A stretch of 64,000 nucleotides of DNA from Octopus sinensis (Eukaryota). Position 1 is the first letter of the stretch, and every line of letters starts with the position of its first letter. Below the pieces are notes generated by a model. That model did not search any database. It worked only from the letters and a program-made list of their open reading frames with translations, and was not told where the DNA came from. The DNA is taken from positions 14,756,001 through 14,820,000 of the forward strand of contig NC_043009.1 of the NCBI RefSeq assembly GCF_006345805.1, given 5' to 3'. The position numbers and the translations under genes are program-made. Of the stretch, positions 24,353 to 38,642 are shown in pieces.

Positions 24353-25662
24353 GTGGTTGTCTACTCATTATGCTGAATTTGGCCACCTCATGATTTTTGT
24401 GAATCTTAACCATTTTGGATGCATTTAAAATACTAATTGTTATAAGAAATACTGAAAGGTTCAGAAAGACATGTCTCATCTGGTTTGCTGTGATAATTAT
24501 AATAATTCATGCGAAAATATGAGATTTTATAATATCAAGCACTAGAGAAAAGTGACGTTTATTAAAAACTAATTGTACGAAATACATTTCTATCATCTGG
24601 CATTTAAAACAGGTTAGATTCAAAATAGTAACAGATACTCAGATTTGACGCTTGTTATTCACTGAAGATCTTAAATGTCTTTTGTTTACACTTTTGTAGT
24701 TGCAGTTGTTTTAAACAATATTGAAAAACTGCTTCCTAAGTTATATGAAGTTCTATACATAACTCCTCCATTTTTGATGGTTAACCTATCCTTGGAAATG
24801 ATGACAATACGGGAAATGTTGGAAAAATGAACCTTTGAGTTTATGAATAGAACAAAATGGGTTTCGCTTTTTAAATCAGCACCCGATAAATTTCTAGAAA
24901 ACATATCTCCAGCACAGGCAACAAGAAAAAAAAGTTTCCCAATGATATATATCTAGGCAAAACAATTTTCTGGAAGTTTCAAGATGGTAGCTCATTTTAC
25001 ACTTTATTGTACACAAGAGGGAGTATTCTATTTCAATAATTTATCTCATTTTTTTTATGCTACCGCTACCTAAGATCAAATGCCAGCAGCAAAATCATTT
25101 CATTTTTTCCATCCCGCATACATTTTCCTTGCAACAATTCATGTACCAGGAACACTTTATTTAAATAAACAACCCAATAAATTACGGTCTTGTGCCAATA
25201 TCAAAAATCAATATTTTGCATATTTTCCGGCACTCTGCAAATAACTGAAATCATAAATCAATATGGAAAATGTATATTACTGGAATATAGAAAAAGTATG
25301 ATCATTATTATTACTTTTTTTTTTGGCGGGGGGAAATGGATAAAGTATATAACTTACACAAGTTTCCATTTAGCTTCATACGAATTTCCTCAATGATGTA
25401 GCATTTCGATTTATAATAATCTATGAAAGTATATTTTCTTTATTTCTTTTTCAAAATATTTGTAATATTTCACCTTTTGTTTCCTCTATCCTTCTGTTTT
25501 TCTTTCTGTGTAGAACTTGTGAAACTTAGGAACTATATTTAACAACGAAATATTTGCATTACATACCAGACATAATAGGACACATGTAGACATAAACGCA
25601 CAGTTGTGTATATATATATACATATATATATGTATATATATATATAATATATATATATACAT

Positions 25663-25736
<74 letters not shown>

Positions 25737-25839
25737 CGTATATATATATTCACACATACGCTTACACAAAGGCATAAAATCACAATATATATTCATGTGT
25801 GTATTGCCTCCAGATATAAACATGTATACAGCTACGTAC

Positions 25840-25879
<40 letters not shown>

Positions 25880-26358
25880 TACACATACATATATCCATGC
25901 GTGCAGGTGGATGTATGTGTATGAGTAGGGGAAATTTCACGAGATGATCTTTTCGAATTGCATTAGATACGCACATGGCATGCTTACAATAGACAGCTGC
26001 ACATTACATCTCTTCTATTAGCTTCGTGGTGAACCATATTTTTTCATCATTTCTTTGAAATTTAAAATTATAAAAGGAGGGTATAAATGTAAAATGCTTT
26101 ATCTTTTTTATACTCACTGGAATGATAAATATGCATTTAAATATGTGAAGATCATAGCAATTTTCTTAATATTTCAGTTTTTAAAATGTTTTGCATTGTA
26201 CCACTTTCTGATAGAGTTTTCAATCTCCAATATAATATGCACAAAATGCCTTCTTATGTATATTTATGCAAATATGCACATACACGTTTGCTAGCATACA
26301 TGCATACATATATACATACACTCCACATATATATAAGTATATTAATACACAAATACAT

Positions 26359-26396
<38 letters not shown>

Positions 26397-26500
26397 TTGT
26401 TTGTGTGTGTATATATACATATATATGCGTATATATATGTAAATATATATACGCACGTATATATATACAGGCATACATATATATATATTATTATATATAT

Positions 26501-26545
<45 letters not shown>

Positions 26546-27057
26546 GTGGGAATATGTCTTTGTATAACAGCAGCTATGGAAAGGGAATAGAAATACGTAG
26601 TGATTCCACGGAAATAGATAGAGGTTGTAAAAAGGAAGTGCAATCCAAAATTCCTCGACGAAAGATGTTTTCCTCTGAATAGGAGAGATTACATTTTGTA
26701 TATGCAGAATGGAAAATCAATAGAAAAAATGCTGTGAATTACAATGATTCAGTTGAAATAGCTGATGAGATAAGTGGACACTGTATGAGCAGTTATCGCA
26801 TCAGATTAACGTGTATACATAGATACACACACTCACAAAGACCTACGCACAGACACACAAGTGTATACTCACAAACGTGAATAAACGGTTACATGCAAAC
26901 ACTTATGTGAAGTTTTCATATGTTGTTATTAACAAAATGAATATTTATAATTAAATCCATAGTAAAATGGAGAGCAAATATAAAATGTATGCATAATTTC
27001 ATCATATATGTGAGATCATTTTTCCTGTACCCGCATAATATATATACATATATATAT

Positions 27058-28372
27058 ACTAGCATTATGACCCGTCATTGCCGGGTCATAGTGCTAGTGC
27101 ATGTATATATGTGTATATATATGTCTACATATTACATGTGCATCTACACATAAAATACAAAATATAACGTTATATCTTGATATCGCTAGTGATAACAATA
27201 CTCAAAATATATAACAGACTGGAATTGTAGGCCCGTCTCTTGCAATTTCGATCAATTGTATCTTGTCCTCCCTCTTGTATAGAAGTGTGGCTACAATCTA
27301 GCCTAGCTCTACTTCTGGGGGAACATTTTAAATTTTTATCCGGGACTTCCTACGTCCCAGATATAAAGGTTAAAAATAAAACATTTCCACTTTGCAAGGT
27401 TCAAGTCGAGTAATCCCTTGCACGCTCCGTTGACTCGAGCCTTGCTTCTATTGTGGCGAATTTTTACCGCCTCTGGTTAGATATCTTTCATAGCCGCACC
27501 AAGACACTTTTCGATGGTGCTTTCCTCCAGGAGTTCAAATCTTTTTTTTTCTCTACATTGTATACTTTATAGACAATGGTATTTTCTTTAATTTAACTTT
27601 TTTATTTCGTTTGGTGGTGTTATCCTAGATTCGCCGTCTTTGTCGGTGATCAATCCGAAATAGGTTTGTATTTCTTCCATTTTAATTTTAATGAGTTGGC
27701 GCCCGCCGACGGCTGCAGCAAAATTCATTTTTGGACTTTCTTCTATCGAAGGCATTTTAACAAAAATGCTTCCGTAAAAACGGTGGAAATATTGTCAATT
27801 TCCCCAAACAGGTACACAATTCAATTTTTAAACAATAACCAAAGCTCCTTCTCCAAAAGGGGGAGGGTTATAGTTTACAATTATTTAACAAATGCAACAC
27901 AACAACGTTTCCCTTTCGAGGGACCAAGAAACGTGATTACAATAGTTAAACAGTAATAATAATAGCAACAAACCTTACGGTGAATCAAAACGCAGTACGC
28001 AGTTTACTTTTGTTATGTTACGATTTAATTATTATATTATACTTTAGTTTGATTTTAATTATTACTTCCTACATATAATTCAATTGTTATTATTATCTCT
28101 CATTTTTATTAGTTAAGTGAATGTATCTGATATAAAATAGAGAAATGTTTTTGTTTCACTTTTAACACGTAATACTGAAATAGTGGAGAAGATATGATAT
28201 TGCTATGGGCTCGCCCTGGGCAAGAAGTTGAAAATTTTCTTTGTCGGTGATACTCCCCGGCCCCTAAGTAAGGCATGTGTAAAATTTGAATGAAATTAGT
28301 TGCGTAGATCTCAAGTTTTAGGGAAACACACAAACAGACAGACAGATAGACACACATTCTCAGTTTTATATA
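27058..28372 (-). mobile_element. Non-autonomous Helitron-like element
   Basis: The minus-strand 3' end has the hairpin GACCCG-GCAATGA-CGGGTC followed by ATAATG-CTAG|T. The putative 5' end is TATATATAAAACTGAG followed by (TCTG)n; this boundary is inferred. Confidence 0.6.
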
Positions 28373-28606
<234 letters not shown>

Positions 28607-29071
28607 CTCTATACACCCCCGCAAAAATATATATATATTCTACATATATTGTGAATTGGTTAAAAATAAAGTAAATTTTGACACCCTAGCGGATGATGTA
28701 ATATGATAAATTCTGGTATATTATAAACGGTCATTTGTTATTTGAGACAAAAATCCTATCAAACATTCCTTAGGAATTACTCGCGAAACGTTTGAGTTCG
28801 GCAAAGAACATCGTGCAATTCCGAATAAGTACGAAATATTTAACGGACATATATTTAGTTACTTGACAGGAATTAATTTTCAAGCCAACTTTTTCTCGAG
28901 CAATGTTTCTGCTCTGTTCTTATTGTTGATGGTTAGCCTCTGCTTTAGTAGATAAGAGATTCTAGCCGTGATTATCCCATCGTTGTATTCAAATTTATAT
29001 TACCTAGCATTACAGTACCCAATGTGTATTTTCCAAGAAGATCGAAAACAGTAGTTTGTGTGTGAGTGTCT

Positions 29072-29105
<34 letters not shown>

Positions 29106-29255
29106 GAAAGAGTACATTGCTACTCCTAACAAGCCTGTTGATGACATATAAGCTTAATGATCGAATTATGCATGCCAAACAGTGTGAGACCGTATTTTTA
29201 AATATTATAAACTGTCAATCCAGAAGACAATAATTTCGACGATGTCAGAATCATA

Positions 29256-30492
29256 TTAGGTTGTTCCGGAAATAATGACAGCTTTAAGTGTTGTGTTTTG
29301 AAACGCAATTTCATTAGAGAATTTTAATTATATTTGAGATGCTTAATAATTAGAAAACATTCTTGAAGCAGAGGTGCTCTTAATTATGAACATGACAAAA
29401 AAAAAACGACCGTCGTTTACTTTTCTTGCATTCGTGTATGAGTTCCAGCTTGGGCATAATGGCTCCCAAAACGCTGCCAATATCAATAGAGCAAAGGGAG
29501 AGGGGTTCACAAGTGATCACACAGAACGAAGGTGGTTTCAGAAATTCCGTAATGGTGATGAGAGCCTTGAAGATGAAGAGAGTAGAGGACGGTCATGCAG
29601 TCTTGACAATTAACAATTGAAAGCAATTGTTGAAAAAACCCACGTCAAAGTGTCAGAGAGATGTCTCGGGCACTTGGTGTCAGCATTGCAACGGTCTCAC
29701 GCAGAATATTGGTGAAGTGAAAATGCTCGATAAATAGGTACCGCATGAGCTCAATGAAAATCAAAATGTTCGACGTTTTGAAGTTTGCTTAATGCTCTCT
29801 CTGCGAAACACCAATGTTCCCTTTCTTGACCGAATAGTCACTTGTGACGAAAAGTGGATCCTTTATGATAACCGTAAACGATTAGATCAATAGCTTCATC
29901 GTGATAAATGTACCAAATATTTCCCTAAGCCAAAGTTGCATTAGCAAAAGATTATGATGACTGTCTAGTGGTTTTCAATTGGTATTGTCGGTTTCAGCTT
30001 TCTCGAAGCCAATCAGAACATTACAGCAAAGGTTTACTGCAATGAACTCGTTGAAATACACAACCACTTGCAAAAAATGAGACCTTCATTGATGGATCGG
30101 CGTGGCCTACTTCTGCACCAAGATAATGCAAAGCCACATGTTGCAAGAATGACATTGCAAAACCATACAGACTTGGGATACGAGACCTTACCACACCCTC
30201 CATATTTTCTTGATCCTTCACCCGCTGACTACCATTTTAAAGCATTTAAACGCGTTTTTAAGTGATAAAACTTCCAGGTCCAAACCAGAGGTAGAATAAT
30301 CAGCTTTGAAAAATATCTTAGCATCAAAGCCAATAAGTTTTTATCTAAGAGGCATAAATAATCTCGTTGATCGATGGCAGAGATGCATACATGGTCACGG
30401 CTCATACTTTGACTAATTAAAACATTTCTATCGTTAATTTTTCCCGAAAATAATTGTTTCTGAAATTGACAATTATTTTCGAAACAACCTGA
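29256..30492 (+). mobile_element. Full-length decayed mariner transposon
   Basis: TIRs TTAGGTTGTTCCGGAAATAATGACA / TGACAATTATTTTCGAAACAACCTGA with TA on both sides. Disrupted transposase (~29387-30415) with *VPHEL, IVTCDEKW, HQDNAKPH and HPPYFLDPSPADYH. Confidence 0.92.
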
Positions 30493-30742
30493 TATTATGA
30501 CTCGAATATTTATTGATTTCGGTTTGAGTCAATTATAACATGTCAGTTTGTTGTGTTGAACGTAGCATCTATCAGACTGATATTAGAATGTGGTATTTTG
30601 GTTTTCATCAAATTATGTTGATTTGTCTTAGTGAATGATTACATAAAATATATGAAATATAGAATGTATAGGTTACGATATGAGTTATTATTTTTAATGG
30701 TTATACATTTTTAACATGTGAAGTTCATTTCCTACTTTATAC

Positions 30743-30800
30743 CAGGGTTTCCGAAAGGGAGCCATATGAGCCAGGGCGGGGGCATGAAACATTTCATGGG
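30743..30800 (+). mobile_element. Possible hAT/Charlie-type left end
   Basis: CAGGGTTTCCGAAA terminus-like motif with a GC-rich subterminal region, upstream of the hAT transposase relic. No partner TIR found. Confidence 0.4.
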
Positions 30801-32114
30801 GCCAGAAAGCTAAGTTTGAAAAATAGGGACCCACATGGGCTATGGGCGGCAAAGAAAATTTTGAAAGCATAAAATATTAGTATGTAGGTATGTATTTTTA
30901 TTTGTAAAATGTACATTATATATATACATATAAGAAACACGTGTATACGCGTTTATAATTATAAAGAAGCATCTTTATGTACAAAATTTCTATTACGTAC
31001 ATATATGTACCCAAAGAACACATGTTAAATATTAGATTTTGAGTGCTGTGTGTCTGGTTTGTAAGATGAACAGCTACATATCATTGCATCATACCAAATT
31101 GCTCCAAAATTTTAAAGCTGCAAAACATACATATATAATCAACAGAGCAGAAAGCAGTCACAGTTTTTAGTCAAAACTCCACTTCAACATTATTGACAAC
31201 ATAGAAAAACTCATCCAATCAACAGCGCCCATGCTAACTCATTAACATCTGCACAAGTCACATTAAGATTCATTTTACTTATTTTGCTTTGTCAAATTAT
31301 ACTGTCTTCTTTCTCATTCTCTCTGATTATCTCATCCTGTTTCTGCTCTTGATTCCGTACTTGCTTGCTCAATTATATTTTTGTGCGTGGTTAGTGTGCA
31401 AGTATCTACTACTTTTTACTTCATTTTACCTAAGTTGCTTAAGTTACTTTAATTATCATAAATATTCCATGTAGATCCATAGCATCAGAGGCGAGGGCGG
31501 AAAGCTCTATCCACCAAGTTAAACCATTGATCAATCATTTAAACTGGACCAAAGCCATCAGGAAAACTGTTTCTTCGCATACGAGTATAGGATTTATTTA
31601 AAAATTATATAATTAATAAGAGCTCTGAGAAGTATTCAAACTAAGATGGGGAATGAAGAGGAAGGGGAGAGAATTAGGGAACACTGAAAACAAATAAACA
31701 ATTCATTAGAAAACTAGATAAAATCATTCTTATATGCACTTTTATATAACTATTAAATTATTAATCAATTTAATTATTCAATAATTGCTCACTGAATAGT
31801 ATTTACACTTAATTTAATTAGAGTAAAATTTAATATTGAACTATGTTTAATAGAATATATCAAAATATATTATAAAATCATTTTTCTTTAAAAAAGAAAA
31901 TACATTTTCAATATACTTTGCTAACTCGTTTTGGCAATTCGAGTTTGATTCAACAATAAATCAGCCCTATTTTCTCCATGAGTTTACCAGCACACTTGCT
32001 TTAACTGTCAATTTTATAATTTATTTTTTTTAATTAATTTTCTTTCTGGATTGTCAACTGAAAAGGGAATGATGAATGTTTGTCTTGTTATTTTTAATTT
32101 TCATAAACATACAT

Positions 32115-32326
32115 ATAGGCGCAGGAGTGGCTGTGTGGGAAGTAGTTTGCTTAAAAACCACATGGTTCCGGGTTCAGTCCCACTGCGTGGCCTCTTGGGC
32201 AAGTGTCTTCCACTATAGCCTCGGCCCGACCAAAGCCTTGTGAGTGGATTTGGTAGACGGAAACTGAAAAGAAGCCCGTCGTATATATGTATATATATAT
32301 ATATATATAATATATATATATATATA

Positions 32327-32360
<34 letters not shown>

Positions 32361-32561
32361 TTGTGTGTCTGTGTTTGTCCCCCTAGCATTGCTTGACAAC
32401 CGATGCTGGTGTGTTCATGTCACGGTCACTTAGCGGTTCGGCAAAATAGACCGATAGAATAAGTACTGTACTTACAAAAGAATAAGTCCCGGGCTCGAGT
32501 TGCTCGATTAAAGGCGGTGCTCTAGCATGGCCGCTGTCAAATGACTGAAACAAGTAAAAGA
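32115..32561 (+). mobile_element. Abundant tRNA-derived SINE with internal (TA)n(TG)n
   Basis: ATAGGCGCAGGAGTGGCTGTGTGG head, GGTTCAGTCC B-box, internal microsatellite, 3' GACTGAAACAAGTAAAAGA. Five copies in this window. Confidence 0.9.
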
Positions 32562-32769
32562 ATATTAATCCGTTTTTCTTGATTATTATAGCCTTTGATT
32601 TATATAGCCTTGTATTTATAAACTTTATAAGCTTAGATATAATTCTTTTCTTGGCTAAAAAGTTATATTGGTTTAACTTACTCTGTATTCACCCCTGACG
32701 AAAACGCTTGAAACTAACCTCTTGTTTATTCAACATTTTTGAAAATATTTGTTATTATTTCACATAAAC

Positions 32770-34030
32770 ATGGAAAGTATATCCAAAAAAGGAGCGTAAA
32801 CAATATTCTGTCGCATATTTTGCTTATGGATTCATTAAATCTCCACAAAATTTTACCTTGCTTATGTATCTGCTATGCATGACTTCGTTCTCAAATGAAA
32901 GTATGCGTTCTTGAAAACTAAAAAAAATAAACATCTGGAGACTGCACATAGAGGTGAGAAAGACAAGCAACTAGATTTCATCAAAAGGGGACATGATGAA
33001 TTTCAAGGAAAGATGAGAGTGGATCAAATGTTCACTCAAAAAGCAGCAAAAGTAGACAAAGGGATGTAGGCTTCTTACAAGAGAGCAAATTTAATTGCAA
33101 AAGCTGGTAAACCTCATACCATTGGTGGATCTTTGATCATGCCTGCTGTGGCTGTAGTGCTCTCAATAGTCATGGATCAGAGTCCACAAGAGGTTCCTAG
33201 TGTTATTCCCCTCAGCAACGCATCAATATCATGACGGATTGATGAAATGGCAACTGATGTTGAAAGCCAATTAGTTTCAAAACGTTGGGTTAATGAATTC
33301 TCACTTCAGATAGATGAATCAACTCTATCTGATAATTATGGTTTTTTACTGGCATTTGTTAGGTTATAATGTTAATGATATATGTCCAGAATTGCTTTTT
33401 GCTTTGAAATTAATGACTGACACAAAAGAGAAATCCATAATCAAAAAGGTTGGAGCCTATTTTGAAGAGAACAACATTCCATTGAGCAACAGATGGCGCT
33501 GCTGCTATGATCAGATGATATCGGGGATTCAGTGCTTACTTTAAAAAAGCTGTTTTTAATGTGCTTTGTGTGCACTGTGTTCTTCATCGACAGCATCTGG
33601 TTCCAAACACATAGCAGGTCGTTTGAATGATGCACTTATAAATGTTATCAGAGCTGTCAATTTGATAAAAAAGAAGAATGCACTGGAAGATCGCCTCTTT
33701 AAGCAATTATGTGAAAATAACGACAAGGAATTTGGACGACTTGTGTTGTCAGATAGCTATCCAAAGATAATTGCTTGCAACGCTTTGTTGCACTTGGGGA
33801 CACTGTTATCTCTTTGGAGAGAAACTTGCCTGACATACTTGAAAAGCTAAATGTCCTTAGCAAAAACTTCAAGGAAATATCTCCACTCTGTTTTCTTGCA
33901 AAATGAAATTTAAAAGTTTCTTGGAAGACGGAAATTTTCAGTTTCCTTCCTTAACAAGCGTTTCCGCCGAGCTGCTTGATGATGACTTAACAGATTACGT
34001 TGATCAATTGAAGCAGTTACAAAATGATAC
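32770..34030 (+). pseudogene. hAT (Buster/Charlie, ZBED5/SCAND3-like) transposase relic
   Basis: Fragments YGFI...LLC...FSNESM, LIAKAGKPHTIGGSLIMPA, IPLSNASIS*RIDEMATDVESQL, FSLQIDEST and HCVLHRQHL, with many stops and frameshifts. Confidence 0.85.
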
Positions 34031-35376
34031 ATATGTATATACACAAAATGCGGGCCTTATATGAGCATGTTTATGTTAATAAAATGAGACAACAGAGCGA
34101 AGGCTGTGTGGAATTTTCAGGACACTTCAAAAGAGAAATGTTCTGGAATATTAGAGATATCCCTTCACCAGAGATGGTGTCAGATGGTTGAATAGAGGGA
34201 AATATTAGAGTTCAATATAAGGTGTGATTTTGGAAAAGAAGGAAATAATGAGCATATAGGGAAATAAGAGAATGAATATAGAAATAAAAATGAAGATATG
34301 TGAAGATGTTACAGTTGCAGTTCCCATTATTCAAGGTGTGTAAAAGTGGAAGACATGCTTCTTTTCCTTGATATGTAAATTTCCATAAGCGTTCATATTT
34401 TGTCATTACAAATGGAAAGTGTGGAGCACGTAGATTACATTTGAAGGAGTCTTGTGGTGTGAATGAAAATTTGAGAATGTAGTAGTAGTATTAATTCGAT
34501 AGAGAGAGGAGAAGAGATGTCTATGTTAAAATGAGGAGAGAGGTCAAAGGAAAAGGTGAGAAAAGAAGGAACGAAGGAGGAATCAGAAATAAAATCAAGA
34601 GAAAATGAGAAAGAAAGAGTGAAAGAAAGTGAATAATCTGAAAATAGGAGTGTCAGTTGGTGGTCAAGATATCATGAGGGCTAAGAGAAAGGAGTAGGGG
34701 AGGGACAGGAAGAGATAAGAATGTAAGTAATTAATATATGTGAGGTGAGTGGGTTGGGGTAATATGATAGAATGGGATACCTATATGCATATACATTTCA
34801 GCATGCGTATACATTGAAACATACACGTTCATATTTATTCATATATTCACACACATATACGCGCACACACATAAGTATATATACACACACACGCAGGAGT
34901 GCTTCCATACTCTTCTGCGTACTCTAGTGTATGTGCATTCACTCATACATATACATAAACAAATATTTGTGTGTGTGTATGTATATATACACACGCAACT
35001 ACATAAACAAACTTGCGTGCATATGCACACACACACACACATATATATATATACATACGTATATATACACACATATACCTAAACATACTTACATACAAAC
35101 ATGTGCTCATACACATACACACATAGACGTGTATGCGTCTATTCATACACATACATATGTACAGAAATACACATCCGCATACACATACACGGTCAAAGTA
35201 TATCTTCTTATACACATGCTTCATTACATGTGTGCAATGCAAACATTCGCATAAGTACGTGAAAGATGAGTATATTTTGTTAACTTGTTTGTAAAAATAA
35301 CTGTTATAAGAGAGGAGAGAATGGTGTAAGTGGAAGATAAATTAGAGTAGAAGATGTGTATGTATATAGGTACGTA

Positions 35377-35452
<76 letters not shown>

Positions 35453-36329
35453 CACACATATATATGCATATATACATGTATGTGCATGAATAAATATACA
35501 CATATACATATAAATATTCACATTTAGAATTATGTAAGTGGAAAAGGATTTTGGAGTATACAGGAGATGTGTGTAACACATTAATTCAAATTGTGAAGTA
35601 ATTTATATACATACATAGACATACTCATATATACATATATATATATATATGAGTGTGTGTATGTACATATATATATACGTACACACATATACATATGTAC
35701 ATACATACACATATACATAGGTTCAACGGTTAATTAATTGTTATTAATATGTTTAAAAGTGGTTGTCAATGTAATGTAAGGGGGCAAGCAATTATTAGCG
35801 ATTTAACGGTTATATTAAATATTATAACTTGTTAAGTTAAGTACAGATTTGGGTAGGAGAGGGATATATTTTTAAACTATCAAAGGGTTTATATAAGTTA
35901 ATTAGCGAGAGGTACGTCTTTCATGTTGCCAAATGTGTATATTTAAAGGTTATTGAATGGTTACTAAGCATATGTAAAGTGGGTTATTTATGTGAAGCAA
36001 TGCGTGCAATTATAATTCTAGCAGTAATGTTTATAGTCATTATTAATATTTGTAATATTTGTAGTATAGTTAAGTAAAAGTTTCGGAGAAAGAGAATTAT
36101 ATCAGCGGAGTTACAGATTCGAAGAATTTATCTCTATTCTTCATATATGTATATGGGCATTAAACCAATACAAGTAAAAACAAAATGAAACCTATCCCAT
36201 CAGATCTAATCCTTCAAATAATTTAAATAACCACAGAAATATTACTACAGATAGGAATGATATAGAAAAAAGATACCTATACGACATGTAAGAATAAGTG
36301 ACCCCCAAAACAAAACATACTACGATAAT

Positions 36330-37105
36330 AAAGAAAACAACAATAGCATAACTTGGATCACGATATCTTTTGCCAAAATTCTAAAATCCAATTTTATGAG
36401 ATCCATTAGGTATATTATTAAAAAAAGCCTTTAAAAACTCTAAATGTGTGAAAATTTTTAATAACAAAAATATCAGATTTGGATTTTCAGTATCTCCAAA
36501 CCTATTTAGGATAATCTCCTCATTTAACAAGAAACTGGACCAACTCTATCATAATAAATGTTCTTCTAATATACTTGGTAACTCAATAAATTTTATAAGT
36601 AATAACGACAATTATCAGAATAACCAGAAGACAATTACCCCTAATAATATAGACATAACACCATTGTAGCAACTAATAATTTAAATTGTAATTGTAGAAA
36701 CCCAAATACTTGTGAAGTAGAATAGACGGAATTGTAAAATGAAATAAATAGTATGACAAGCAGCAATTATTACCCATAATCTCTTTAAATATATATACAT
36801 CAATTGTGCGAAGAATTCTTTAAAATTAAGAATAAATAATCATAAATTATCATTTACTGACCCTAGAAAAGAGAATAGCACAGGTCTATCCCCAACAGTT
36901 TGCCAACTCAAAAGAAGCAATGTAGATTACTCTATTTCTTGGAAAATACTATTTTCAGCTGCATCTTATATATATAATAACAAAATCTTTAAATTATGCT
37001 TGAAAGAGTTATAAAATAATGAAATTGAATGGTCTCTTAATTCTAAAAATGAAAAAGATTTTTCATGTACACAGATGTCAAAATACCTTTTTATTAATCT
37101 TAAAT
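36330..37105 (+). pseudogene. Decayed PLE C-terminus (Naiad-like GIY-YIG region)
   Basis: CNCRNPNTC (36687), HKLSFTDPRKENSTGLS...QLKRSNVDYSISWKIL...KLCLKE (36841-37008) and LNSKNE match the CNCR..C / HKxSF / WxIL / CxLCLxE / LNxxxE pattern of PLE endonucleases. Confidence 0.7.
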
Positions 37106-37398
37106 AATATTTCCACCCCTACCTTAACTCTTATCATTTCCCTTCTCTTTCTAATAATTCTTTTTTTTTGTTGTGGCTAATATACCTTTTTCTATATACT
37201 AGCCTTCCCTAAGGTATCATTTCATCTTATACTATATGGATATATATTTATTACTTATCCATCCCTCTTATAACTACATGATCCACATTATATTGATCTA
37301 ACATCTCTTCCAAATGGCCATTAACTTCCCTTTCTCTCAATTATATTTCTAGATCTTCCCTCAATACACACACACGCACACACGCACATACACACACA

Positions 37399-37454
<56 letters not shown>

Positions 37455-37919
37455 CTTTCGTTTTCTGTGATTTTTTTCTTTTGGATAAAATGTACTTAAA
37501 TACACTCCTCTCTTACCTATTCTAATTATTATTTATTTAAACTTAATTGCCTATTGCCAATCTGTTTGGTACTTAATTACTTCTTACAAGTGATATATAC
37601 AAACACTTATAATACTTCTGGGTGTCCAATTTGCCCATCTATATTTTCTCTTTATGTTTCTCTTCCTTTTTCTTTCTTTTTGGTAATCTATTACATTTGT
37701 ATAATATATACTTTAAAACATACCACTCTTAACTATTCCAATTTTATTATTGCTTAAATTTACTTGCCAACCTACCTGATATTTAATTAAATCTTAAAAC
37801 TGATATATGCTCACATATATCTAATAATACTAGTAATTGGTGCCCTACTCTTCTACAAAATGTATGCACTTATAGATAATTTTTTTATGTAACTTTTTGT
37901 GTTGTACATCTAATTGATT

Positions 37920-37930
37920 TTATATTATTA

Positions 37931-37999
<69 letters not shown>

Positions 38000-38040
38000 T
38001 ATTATTATTATTATTATTATTATTCTTTTTATTATTATTA
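37920..38040. repeat. (ATT)n microsatellite
   Basis: Seen directly. Confidence 0.95.
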
Positions 38041-38642
38041 CTTTTTTATTAATATTCTTATGATTAATATTGCTGCTTATTAACTATATATTAACACTGA
38101 TTTATATTCTATATTTTTAATTATAAAATGATTACACATAAAATTATGACCCACATTCATAAACACATATATGCATATTATTTTATATATATATACATAA
38201 TTAGGCTAAAATCATTATGTAATGATTTATCAGTCACTTGCATACTAAAAATATCATAATGGTTAATTTATATTAAAATTATAATTTTAACCTACAGCCT
38301 TATTGTATTATTTGTTTCTTTCTTATGGGTAGAATCGGCACATGAGTAGCGTGAAGCAAACGACTCTTTTTTATAAACACGTTTTTCGGTCATTTTGTGA
38401 TGAAAAATACTGAAATTGTTGTCACCAAAAACATGTAGAATGGCAGCTTAGATTAGAATGAAATCCTGAAAATGCCCCTAAAAATTACCTAGACTTACGA
38501 ATGTAAAGACCTGGATGACGAATGAGAATATAGCGGTATCTGTATTGCAGAAAGTAAGGGACATGAAAAGAAAACTGCTTCATTGTGTAAGCACCGTCTT
38601 TGTAATGTTTGGGCAAACTGCACACTTCAACATATGTTAAGT

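Noticed and set aside
32690-32720. CTGACGA...GAAAC motif
   Set aside because: No convincing stems I or III; could be chance.
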